Positions 31,501-42,385 are shown, counted from the stretch's first letter. The stretch is 64,000 bases of DNA from Marsupella aquatica (GCA_973895155.1 OZ316891.1:26839972-26903971), one strand, 5' to 3'. Notes: a model not told the origin generated them from the sequence alone. Made by a program: numbers and translations.

Positions 31501-33020
31501 CTTCTCTTTGCTCAGTACATTAGATGTAGACAAGATTATTTGTCTTCTCTCTACTATTGTAACCGTCTGGTGTCCCCTCTGTGGCGGTATAACAGGTATG
31601 AATCTTCTTTGAGGCGGCTATCCAGTGCCGTACATTCAAGTAAGTCAGATGATGCTGTAAACTACATCAGAACTTTTGATGTTAGACAGTACTCTCGGAT
31701 GGCCTTCCCACTTCCACGGATGGGCAAGGTTACAAGTAACCCTTGTGAGCAAGCTAATTCAGGGTTATTGCCATTTCGGGAATTTGCCCTTTTCAAGTTA
31801 TTAGTTCAACTTTGGATTTACATGCAGCAGAAGCTTAAAGACAGGAGAACAACAGCACTTGCTAGACAGGAAGCATTGACAATTCCAGCCCTCATCAGAT
31901 ACAACAACAACTTGAAAACTTTTGGTCAATGGCAGGTAAACATTTCAAATCTGACTTTCAAATCTGACTTGTACTAGTGTGGTAAGGTTCAATGTCTCGA
32001 TCTCAATGTCTGGTGACATTCAGTAATCAAACAATTGACATGGGCAGGTGTTTGATGATGGACAATCCACTGCAAAAGTACAAACAACATCCGGCAGTGA
32101 AGAGTATCTTGTGTCCCTAGCACCCAAGAAATCTTGCTCATGTTTTGAACTACAAGAAATGGTGTGGCCATGTGAGCACATCATGGCATGGGATGACCAG
32201 GAAGGGCGGAACCCATCTGCACATTTTCATAGGTGTTGGCGAACAGGTTCATTGCTTGCTTTGTATGATGAGGTCATGCCTAGCTTTGTTGTAAGTGACC
32301 TTCAGTTGAGTCCTAATTGTGCCCCTCCAGAGGTTGCTATGAAAAGGGGTCGTCATAGGATAGTTCGATTCCAGCAAGGTGATCGAGGTACAAGGCATGG
32401 ACCCAGGGCTATTAGAGAAGGAGAAGATGTGGTTTACAACACCTCAGGAGAACGTTTCTTGAGGTACCCAGTGTTTGATGACCCCAACAGGGTGGAACCA
32501 TTTTCCCGGTGCAAACACTTATGCTGGACTTCCAGGGATTCAAATTCAGCCACGTAAGAAGAAGCTGCGCCAGTATATCGGCAAGTGTAGGTGCTCCAAT
32601 TGTGGAGAAGCTGGACACAACAGAAGGACTTGTCCCAAAATTGCAGAGGTACAGGATTCCTCAATAAACCACTAAGTTCATTGTTGAGTTTATTACTGAT
32701 TGTGCGGGTGGGTAATGCTTCGCTTTTGTTACCATTTCATTGTGCAGGTGGATAATGCTGGTTCACATACATATCATACTCAGTGGTCACCTCTTCCAGG
32801 AGAAGACCTGGTGGCAACTGAATATTTTATTCCTTCTACAGCACCAAGCACAGGCATTGGTCCAGACAGCACAATTGCAACAAGACATGATGATCCTTTT
32901 CACTCTTACAATGGACCCCCTGAAAACATGCAACGATACTTAGAGTTGGCAGAGGAGGTTGCCATGGAGTGCCGAGGCTTTGGATCACAGTATCAGGAAG
33001 ATATCACTTCATTTGACTAG
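28537..33020 (+). pseudogene. MuDR/MULE transposase (mudrA-like), 6 exons, ~987 codons, disrupted by one in-frame TAG and one +1 frameshift
   Basis: Exons 28537-28735, 29542-29981, 30074-31185, 31596-31935, 32048-32648, 32748-33020. MuDR N-terminal DBD-like (LGERFSDFEQFGRCLDSWAI); DDE residues SLDACHT, IISDRQKGL, SNPCEQANS; CANH motif; SWIM finger CSC...WPCEH; zinc knuckle CSNCGEAGHNRRTC. TAG at 30107-30109; frameshift at ~32501-32504. Confidence 0.88.
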
Positions 33021-33139
33021 TACTTCATTTGACTAACTGTACTTCATGATATGGAACAAACAACTGCTTTGGTTGTGCCCTCAAGAATAGTTAACATAGA
33101 GCTAACTGGCATTTCAGTGTTCGTGTGATCGCATTTTTT

Positions 33140-33316
33140 GAAGACATTTTTCATGTTGTCTTCAGTGTTCAAAAAATGATCTTGTTATTTGAAGACATTT
33201 TTCATGTTGTCTTTAGTGTTCAAAAAATGAATGAGTTACTTGAAGACATATTTCATGTTGTCTTCAGTGTTCAAAACATGATCGAGTTACTTGAAGACAT
33301 TTTTCATGTTGTCTTC
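33140..33316. repeat. 51-bp tandem repeat x4, each unit carrying GAAGAC-N12-GTCTTY
   Basis: GAAGAC at 33140, 33191, 33242, 33293, each followed 12 nt later by GTCTTC/GTCTTT. Confidence 0.9.
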
Positions 33317-33651
33317 ACGTGCACTTTTGGATCCTATGTCGACGGTGCGATATTAGGGTGACCGTTGCGGGGTTTAGGGCGTCCTTAAACCGTCCCCCTG
33401 AGGTAAACCTGTTTCAAGCGCGACGTAGCATGCAGCGTAGCCCATTTGCAACGTCGTGCAAGCGGGAGAGGGGAGCAGAGAGCAGACCATTGAGCAACTT
33501 CAGAGGATAGCAGAGAGTAGTCGATTGAGCACACTTCGGAACAATGGCAAAGGCGAATGCTGACTTTTTGGTTTGATTGTTGTGGGCATTGGGCTTTGGT
33601 GTATGGAACATCTTGGCAATTCTCAGTTACATTTTCTTTGCCATCCATTGT

Positions 33652-34344
33652 ATGCTGGAACGCGCGTGTGCTCTCTTCCCCTATCGAAATGACGATCTAG
33701 GCTGCCTAAGCAGGCTGGCTGTTTGTCGGCCACCTGAATCCAAGTCCCATATTACTTTGGGACCAGTAGATGGGGAGCGTGAAGCAGTTGACAATTCTGG
33801 AGCAGGGACTGTGCGAGCTGATGTTGAGCTCAAATCTGAGGTTGGGGTAGGAAGACTGCAACCTGATGTTGGGCCATTGAAAGTCGATGTTGGCTCCACA
33901 ACAAAAGGCGACAGTCATGTTCAGCTGGAATCTGAGGCTGGTGTAGTGAAAGCTGGACCGTATGGGCGAGTAGAAGGTCTTGTGAGGAGAACGCCTAGAA
34001 GGCTGTCGATTGCTTTGCCTTATAATTGTTATCTAGGCGCGCCCTCTCCAAAGAAATGGTATGGAATTGCAAAGGGCAGGAGTCCTGGGATTTACCGCAC
34101 TTGGGAGGAGGCAGAGGCTCAGGTCACTGGTTTTAGTGGAGCAAATCATAAGTCCTTCAAGTCCCACTCTGAAGCTGAGACATGGCTACAGCGTCAGTTC
34201 AATGCAATGGGGGCACAGTGGAAGGTTCCTAATCTAGCCGATAGGCATAGGGTCAATGTTAAATTGCTTGGAATAGATGAGTCTGGCCATGAAGTGTTCA
34301 AATGTGACTGTTGTGAGGAGATTTTCTGTAGCAATGAACATTAG
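33652..34344 (+). CDS. MULE-borne ORF with RNase H1 N-terminal hybrid-binding / caulimovirus viroplasmin-like domain; no RNase H catalytic domain; Cys-rich C-terminus
   Basis: KKWYGIAKGRSPGIYRTWEEAEAQVTGFSGANHKSFKSHSEAETWL matches the YAVxxGRxPGIYxTWxExxxQVxGFxGAxxKxFxxxxEAxxW signature; ATG 33652 in frame; ends FKCDCCEEIFC. True start and end uncertain. Confidence 0.75.
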   Translation: MLERACALFPYRNDDLGCLSRLAVCRPPESKSHITLGPVDGEREAVDNSGAGTVRADVELKSEVGVGRLQPDVGPLKVDVGSTTKGDSHVQLESEAGVVKAGPYGRVEGLVRRTPRRLSIALPYNCYLGAPSPKKWYGIAKGRSPGIYRTWEEAEAQVTGFSGANHKSFKSHSEAETWLQRQFNAMGAQWKVPNLADRHRVNVKLLGIDESGHEVFKCDCCEEIFCSNEH

Positions 34345-35141
34345 ACCCATACGGGGTAATGGGTATAGCTTACGATTGGCTGAGGTGATGGGTACAATTC
34401 AGGATTCCCTGAGCTCCCACTGTAACTCATTGCAGACTAGGCAGAGGCTAGCAGCAGAAGTAATTGTAGTTTTGCAAATTTTGAAGACTGCATACGCAGA
34501 CGTACTCCACACATTTTGAAATCAGCAATTGAAGCAATTATTGGAATTTGCAATGTTGAGTGCATGGATGTCCATTTCTGTGCAATGTGTATTGAGCTAT
34601 TCTTTGCTGCCTCATGGCATTGTATTCCATTACTATCGGCCTAGGTCTGTTTAGCAGCAAATTGCGCCAAGGTCTACCTCGCGACCGTTCGACCTCCCTG
34701 AACGGGATCTGCAATCGAGTGTCCGCCGCAACAACCCATATATTTTCCTACTTTGGTACGAAGACAAAAACCATATTGTCTTCATGTACATACACCCAAA
34801 GTTGCGTAACAGTGTGGGAACAAAACCAAGTAACTTTGACCCATGCCCCCTGGTAACCATCGTTCTTCTGTCCAAGGAGCATCCAAACACTCAAATTGCC
34901 CCCCTCTTGCAACGGCACAATTTTGGTGGAAGCGTGTAATGAAGACAATAATCATGTTGTGTTCACATGTTTCATTCATTGCATGCTGTATTTTGGACTT
35001 CAAATCACCATTTTTTTCAGGGTAGCCACCATACATACTCAGCATTTTTGTACAAACTTATCAGGATGTTTATGTTGTTAATGGAGATGTTAATGGACCT
35101 GTCACACTTACTCTGGATGCTTATGCTCTTAGAGTTTTTTA

Positions 35142-35454
35142 CTAACTTGTCCCCTAAACTACTACCCAATATTATTAACTTGTTCCTCGGACAAAATTAA
35201 TTATTAACTTAATTGTCCCCCAATTTTCATTTGGGTTAATATTAACTCATATATGGGTTCCCGTAACCAAGTGAGGCCGATGAAGAGGTGCCCTGATGGG
35301 CTCATACGTACGATCCAATAACAACTTGCCAGATGGTAATGGGAACCCATATACATTTTAATATTGATACAAATACAAAATGGAGGACATGTTGATAAAA
35401 AAATTTGTTTTGGGGGCACCTTAGCAATATTAGGTAATTTGGGGGACAGGTTAG
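35142..35454. mobile_element. Nested MITE with TA target duplication (Tc1/mariner-type)
   Basis: TA|CTAACTTGTCCCCTAAA... and ...TTTGGGGGACAGGTTAG|TA; imperfect TIR extends ~55 bp. Confidence 0.65.
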
Positions 35455-35730
35455 TAGGGTTTAGGGGTTTAGAGTTTAGGGCCCTTAATGATCTTGGTAC
35501 ATATATATGCTCAATTGACAAAACTAGGCCTTACTTTGGAGTTTTGTAGCACTGAGGGTGTTATACCAATTTTTAGGTACCCCATTTATTCACAACATAT
35601 TTTGCAAAAGAAAAGGAAGAGGTAGGAGGGGGATCAATTTTGTCAATCTCTTGACCCACTTCAAGTCAAACATCCATACATATTCTCTATTCTTGGGTGT
35701 AATTGAAGCCCTACTTTTTGAACAAATGTA

Positions 35731-35997
35731 TAGGGTTTAGGGTGTATAGCCTACTAGTAGCCTCAAAGAGGGTTTAGGGTGTATAGGCTACTAGGAGTTG
35801 GCAGAGGGTTTAGGGTAGGCCTTCTTTCATTACTTCTAGGCCAGAGGCATAACTCACTAAATGGCCTCATTTGAACAATGGAGATATAGGATGAGTTTTA
35901 TGGGGTTGTTATTCTTGCCTCACCTTATACAATACAAAAGGTCGGAGGAAACTTAGGGTTTAGGGTTTAGGTTTAGGTTTAGGGTTTAGGTTTAGGG
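35731..35997 (+). repeat. Interstitial plant telomere-like repeats (TTTAGGG/TTTAGG) inside the MULE
   Basis: Seven consecutive TTTAGG(G)-type units at 35953-35997; GGGTTTAGGG at ~35733, ~35770, ~35806; more at 35457-35481. Confidence 0.8.
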
Positions 35998-37355
35998 CAT
36001 AATGGTTTACTTAAACTTGTATTTGGGTAAATTTGATAAAGCAAGAATAAATCAAATAAAGGTTAAACTCATACAAGTTCATGCTTTTATGTACACACCT
36101 CCTCTACAGTAAGGAATCATCTCACGACACAAACACACCTGGCCTCATACGTGACCATTGAATTGAAGCAAAAATTAATATTGTCCATCTATGCGGATTT
36201 CATCCATGGTCCCTGCTGCCTCCCAGAACCCCAAGCATGCCGGGGCCAAAGACCCAACATTAATGTGACATATGTAAGAGCCTTCTTACTAATATTGTGC
36301 CAAATGTTCTTTCTTGCTGTGCCTAATGTTCTTCCTTTGCAAGGATGCCACATAACATGAGGGGGTCTAACACAAGGAAAACTATATGTGAAGACATTAT
36401 TAATGTTGTGTTCACATAATTAGCCCTACATATATTTGAGTCTGAATGAAACCCAATTCAGATTATTTGTAATAGTGAGTGAAGACAAAATTAATGGTGT
36501 CTACAAATTTGCCCAAGTCTGCCTACAACCCACACCCCCTTCATCTGGCCGTCCGCACCCGGTCATTTAAATTATGTGTAAGAGTTAGGGAAGACAGCAT
36601 ACATGTTGTCTTCCTTTTTCCAAAGTGTGTAATTAGGAACCCGGGTACCCTTCTTCTGGCTGTCCGCCCCCACCCGGTCTTTCACATTATTTGTAAGTGG
36701 AATGAAGACAAGATCATGGAGTCTACAGGTTTGCCCCGAAAGTTTCCAAGTGTCCTCTTTTTTTGGCCATTTGTGAGTGCGGAAGACAAGATGCGTGTCG
36801 TCTTTTGCATTCTAAACTTCACAGAAGCAGACTGGAATGATCATGTTATAATAGTAAGGAACTCCACTTTGTGACCAGGTTGAACGGAGTTGGCCCCTGC
36901 TTACCATTTGAACGAGACTACCTACTTTAGCATGCATTGTATCCAAACACACATGAGGTGTCATTGGTAATCAATTATGGACAATAATTTCATAATGAAC
37001 ACAACCTTGTAGGTGAAAATTTACTTAAGGAAATGTCTGTACAAGTTATGAGGACCCATTATATGACTACCACTGTTGGGAGCTCATGAAGTACCCATGA
37101 CGCTACCACTGAAAATGGGGAAGGGTGTGGAAGTCAACTGGTAAATTGGGAAGGGTGCAGCAGCTGGTTGATACTCTGCCTGAAAGTATCCTGAGAAGAA
37201 GTGACTTGGGAGTCAATCTGAAGTATTTTTGAAAGCATAAACGTGTCTAAAGTGTAACCATCATCTATTGGAATATCATCCAAGGGACTCGTGACATGAG
37301 ATGGTCCCCCTCTTCCTCGGCCCCTCCCTCTACTTGCCACGCTCTTATGCCGCTT

Positions 37356-40300
37356 CTACTTTTGTATGACACTGTCTTGCACTGCTAGGTCATCATCTTC
37401 AGGGTTCAGAAACACAACATTGGTAGTCGGATCAACTGCGAGTAGAGGAACTATCTTAATAGCCTGACCCTGGTGCGATTTTGAGACCGGTTTCCTCTTC
37501 TTAGAGGCTTGAACAGGTCCTAAGGCCAGTGTAGTTTCTCTCTGTAGTCCATACAATCCAAACAAACATCAGAAGATGTTGCAAACTCTATATTGACATT
37601 ACAAAACTTAAGGCGTTTGACCAGCAAAACATTGATGATAGAAATGTGGCATACCTGGGAGCCCATTGGTGCAGGTGCTGGTGTAGGGGCAGGTGGTGGA
37701 GTAGCTGTAGGGAGCTCATGCACTGATACCCCGGATACCCTTTCTCTTCCCCTTGCCCTGCCTCCCTACAATCCAAACAAACATGCAAAGGCAGTGGAGG
37801 TTAACGTCCTGAACCTGCAAAGCGAAACCACGAATAGAGCAAGGGAATTGGGGGCAGATCCATTCCAGACCTTGGAGGGGTTGGTTGGCGCTGCAGGGGG
37901 CGGTGCTGCTGCTGCTGCTCTGCTCTCCAACAATGCCCCCCTCCTTATTCGTCCCTACACAAAAAAAGATCTAATGTGAACAGGAAGACATCGTGGTTAT
38001 CGTCTCCAACCTGCAGAGCAATTCAAGACGCGTATACAGCAAGGGAATTGGGGGCAGATCCAATCCAGACCTTGGAGGGGTTGGTTGGTGCTGCAGGGGG
38101 CGGTGCTGCTGCTGCTGCTCTGCTCTCCAACAATGCCCCCCTCCTTATTTGTCCCTACACAAAAAAAGATCTAATGTGAACAGGAAGACATCATGGTTAT
38201 CGTCTCCAACCTGCAGAGCAATTCAAGATGCGTATACAGCAAGGGAATTGGGGGCAGATCCAATCCAGACCTTGGAGGGGTTGGTTGGCGCTGCAGGGGG
38301 CGGTGCTGCTGCTGCTGCTGCTGCTATGCTCTCCAACAATGCCCCCCTCCTTCGTCGCTACAAGAAAAAAATGAATGGTGACTTGAAAGACATCATGGTT
38401 CTCATCTCCAACCTGCAAAGCAATTCAAGACACGGAAACAGCAAGGGAATTGGGGGCAGATCCAATCCAGACCTTGGAGGGGTTGGTTGGCACTGCAGGG
38501 GGCGGTGCTGCTGCTAGTGCTGGGATCTCAAGGGATGCCCCCCTCCTTCGTCGCTACAAGAAAAAAAATGAATGGTGACTTGAAAGACATCATGGTTCTT
38601 GTCTCCAACCTGCAAAGCAATTCAAGACACGGAAACAACAAGGGAATTGGGGGCAGATCTATTCCAGACCTTGGAGGGCTTCGTTGGCACTACACAGTAG
38701 ACCTGGAGTTCTGCTGGTGCTGGACTGTCTGGGATGTCCAGGGATACACCCATTCCTCCCTACAATGAAACAAATGCACAACAAACTTAAAAGACAAGAA
38801 GGATCACGTCTTCAACGTGCAAAGCAATTCTAGATATAGGCTAACCAAAGTAATTGGGGCCCAAAGAGGTCAGAAAATGAGTTCCATACGTCGGTGGGAG
38901 GCTCCAACACATGTGCATTCTGTTGAAAGCTGAGGGGGATCTCTGGATGGATAGGAACTTGAAATGCCTCTTCACATAGACAGTCCTCAATAGGAGCTGG
39001 TACCTCCTCTATCCCTTGGGCTTCTTGCTGTGGTTGGTCCTCTGGTGTGTTTTCTGGTACCTCCTCCTCCCCTTGGGCTTCTTGTTGTGGTTGGTCCTCT
39101 GGTGTGTTCTCTGGTACCTCCTCCTCCCCTATCTCTTTTTGCTGTGGTTGTTCCTCTGGTGTGTTCTCTGGTACCTCCTCCTCCCCTATCTCTTCTTGCT
39201 GTGGTTGTTCCTCTGGTGGGTTCTCTGCTACCTCGTCCTCCCCTTGGGCTTCTTGCTGTGCTTGGACCTCTGCTGGCTCGTCATCCCCATGAACTGATTC
39301 ATGAGGTCCATCCTCTTCATCCCCTGCCATTGTTTCTTCCGGGTCTTCCGCTGCTGCACCAGTTATAGCAGGTTCCTGTGGTTCTTCCTTGGGTCCCTCT
39401 TCATCACTTTCCTCACATAGCAAACCCCACTTTGCAGGGCCAATCTCATAATCACTCTCATCAGAGGTGTCCTGCCACACCTCTGAGACTCCAGCCTACA
39501 CAATAACACAGCACTATGAATCTCACATGGCACAGGCATACATTACAAAACAAATAATTCATGGAGCCTAGACTTACCGCCTCCCGAGCACTTCGAACTG
39601 TCATGCCCCTCCTCTTGTATTCTTGGATGAGATTTGTAGTAGACTTTGCAAGCGTTGTGGGCTTCTGGTCTCGCTTCCATTCCCTGTAGTCAGCAGCAGT
39701 AGCTTCGAAATCTACTAGCTTGGGCGCAATCTTCCACTTCAGCAGTGCCCTTTTCTGCTTCAAGTATTCCACTGCCTGACCAATGAGGTTCTCCCAAACC
39801 TCCTCAATGTGCAGAAGATGGGGAGGTTGCACCTCCACATGTAGCTGAGGGAAACAACATTGTAGCATGGCACTGTCCATTTTTAAAGCTACCAGTTTTT
39901 TATCCCTTGGCAGCACAATGGGCATCTGTTTGATAAGCTCAATCCATCCAAACACAATAGGAGAAGTGCCAGCAGACTCCGGAAATTCCAACAACATCTC
40001 AAACATAGAATCATCTAGCAAACAGGACCAACCCTGGTTGCACATGGGATGAATGTGTGCAGCTTTGATAACCCAAACGAGAAGCGTTTTTGTTGGGACA
40101 GTGGGCTCCTCTCCAACAACCAGATATTTCTTCTTCAGCATAGCTTTCCTCCTAGACTTGGATTGCTTCCATCGCAGCTGAACGGTAGACCTCAGGCGCG
40201 TCCATGTTGCTTCATTAGGCTCCTTCACAGCAGCAATCCGACCCGACTTGCGGTTCTTGTCTACACGAGCTGAGAGTTCAAATCTTGAAGCCAACCAAGG

Positions 40301-40504
40301 CAGGCCCGGCTCCAACAGTGCAGCTGGCAACTGCAGGTTGTGGGCAATATACATATGGGTCTGGAATGCCTTGAAAGATGGATGGGAGCGGGGCTTATGG
40401 GTCCCAACTATGCAAAACCAGTTGTGTTTGCCCTTGCCATCAACATGGTGACGGAAGTGGACATCTTCCTTGGCTATGGAGTAATTAGTGCCCTGTGGCG
40501 CCAT
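37356..40504 (-). CDS. MULE accessory gene of unknown function, convergent with the transposase, 9 predicted exons, ~751 aa (possibly ~825 aa originally, to 37134)
   Basis: Exons (minus) 40504-39578, 39495-38890, 38759-38670, 38553-38473, 38357-38271, 38154-38071, 37954-37871, 37765-37655, 37541-37356; all introns GT-AG and phase 0. Contains a His/Cys-rich N-terminus, a basic segment, acidic 19-aa repeats, R/A/P-rich repeats and a KKRK NLS-like motif. The frame continues past the TAG into RGRGRGRGG until 37134. Confidence 0.72.
37838..38690. repeat. ~200-bp tandem repeat x4-5 whose unit is one exon plus one intron of the accessory gene
   Basis: AAGGGAATTGGGGGCAGATC recurs at ~200-bp spacing; on the minus strand each unit has TGTAG|exon...CCAAG|GTCTGG. 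Confidence 0.88.
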
Positions 40505-42385
40505 AGCAACTATGAAGACTACAAAGCAGCCTTGGTTGGGCTCAAGATCTCACCCAACCCTCGTCTGTGCTCTTCAATTGCCACTCCACACCTAGAATGA
40601 CACGCAGGAAATTAAAAAGACATACCAACATACACAGGAAATATAGCAGCATCAAAAGCTCCAAATAAAACTTCACCCTACACAAAGAGTGACCTAGGAG
40701 ATGACGATAATCACACGGAACAGGGGAAGAAACCAGGCGTCAAGTTTTATTTTCCAGGTGCGCACTTCTTAGAGTATGATAATTGAGAGTCCCGATTCCC
40801 GCACGGGAGGTGAAGTGAACTACAGAAGCCATGAACTACAGAAGTTGTCATTGCAAAAATTTGGTTTGCATCAAACTGGGGGCAGATCATGGAATGTTTG
40901 CAATGCCTGTGCATAGAGAGTGCTTGTAAAACTAAGAATTCTCTGCCAACAATTGACTAATGATTAAACCAAATCTAGTAGCAAACAAAATGAGACAGTG
41001 CGAGTAGAACTAAGATTTATTTTAGAGAGCTTTAGAAAATGCTTTGACCTAGTTGCAAACAACTTGAAGGAGACAGACGAAGATTCAAGAACTTTTACAA
41101 AATCATTCAACCTGGGGGACTGTCGTTGCAAACGAATTGACGGGTTGAAAGAGCACTTTTAAAGACTGAGTGAGAGAAAAAGAGAGAACAACGAGAAGCA
41201 ACTATCATGCACCAACACTACAGCAAGAGGTAACGCAAATTTCCGGCCTCTCGATGGCCGCCTAAGATCAATGTAACAGTCTAGTTCTTCCTCACCCGCC
41301 TCTCTTCCAAAACCCTCTTTTGTCTCCCACCAACAAACACTATCGATCTCTCTACGGGAAATTAGTTCATTCTCGTCTGCTACGTCTTTCGACTATTCTT
41401 CAACTACCAAAAATAAAGCAATGCAAGCCAAACTTAAGTATAGGAGAACGTCCAACCTTCAGCCTGCCTACCTCGTTGCTTCAAAGCAAAACGCCCTTGA
41501 ATCTCTCGCGCATTGATGAATCCTATACGGGACCCCTGGGAGTTGGAATGGTTGCAACCTCACAGAGTCACAGGGTCACATTTGGCTCTCGCGAAACCTC
41601 AAACCTCAAAGAGCGGTTCTGACAGCTCGCTGCGGTTCTTTGCCATAGCACTGAGGGGGTCAAACAGCAATGCAAGTTTGCGCAAATAATTTATAGAGGC
41701 CAATCTATAGTCATCACCAGTGAAAACGGGGCTACATTCATTTTTGGTACTCTGAAATGATAATGTTTGGACCATCGGCAATCAGATTGACTCAATGCAA
41801 CAAGACAAAACTTACAGACACATTGGGTAGCCAGTTTGAGTGGTGGGGAACGTCGTCCAGGTGGGGAACGTCGCATTTAGTGGCTGCTGCTCTACAATCA
41901 AATTGGACCCTGCGCTTTGCTTATGCCCATGCTCCCAACAAAAAATGCAACGTGCTGCAACAGTCTTCTCCTACCGAACCCGACCATCAACAAACCCGAT
42001 CATCAACAAGCAACAACATCCACAAAAGTCGAGCATCGATTGAACCCGAGCACCCGCCCGAGCATGGCCAGCAGATCAACAAAACCCGAGAGCTTCTCTT
42101 CTCTCCAAACAACATAGACCGACGATTGTCGGGGTTTAGCGGTAGGGAACCCTAAACCCCCCAAAACAACCGAATACATAATATAATATGTATTCAAATG
42201 TAAACCCGCCCACACCGTATTTACAACCGTGGTGTTGACTGCATTGGACACTCAGTTGGGATCACGGTAACTACGGCGCGGACCACGGAGGACTGGACGT
42301 GACCACGCAGTGTACAACGTTAAGTTACGTTGCGGTAAACTGCAGAGTTTGGCCCTCACAAGAACAGTGAGTACAAATCATTAAG

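Noticed and set aside
37593-39368. Plus-strand ORFs such as LEGLVGAAGGGAAAA and the hydrophobic LLWLVLWCV repeats
   Set aside because: They are antisense shadows of the repetitive minus-strand exons; splice signals and frame preservation favour the minus strand.
40960-41800. Possible fourth MULE gene on the minus strand (short ORFs such as 41599-41781)
   Set aside because: No consistent splice path or recognisable motif; may be 5' UTR or promoter of the accessory gene.
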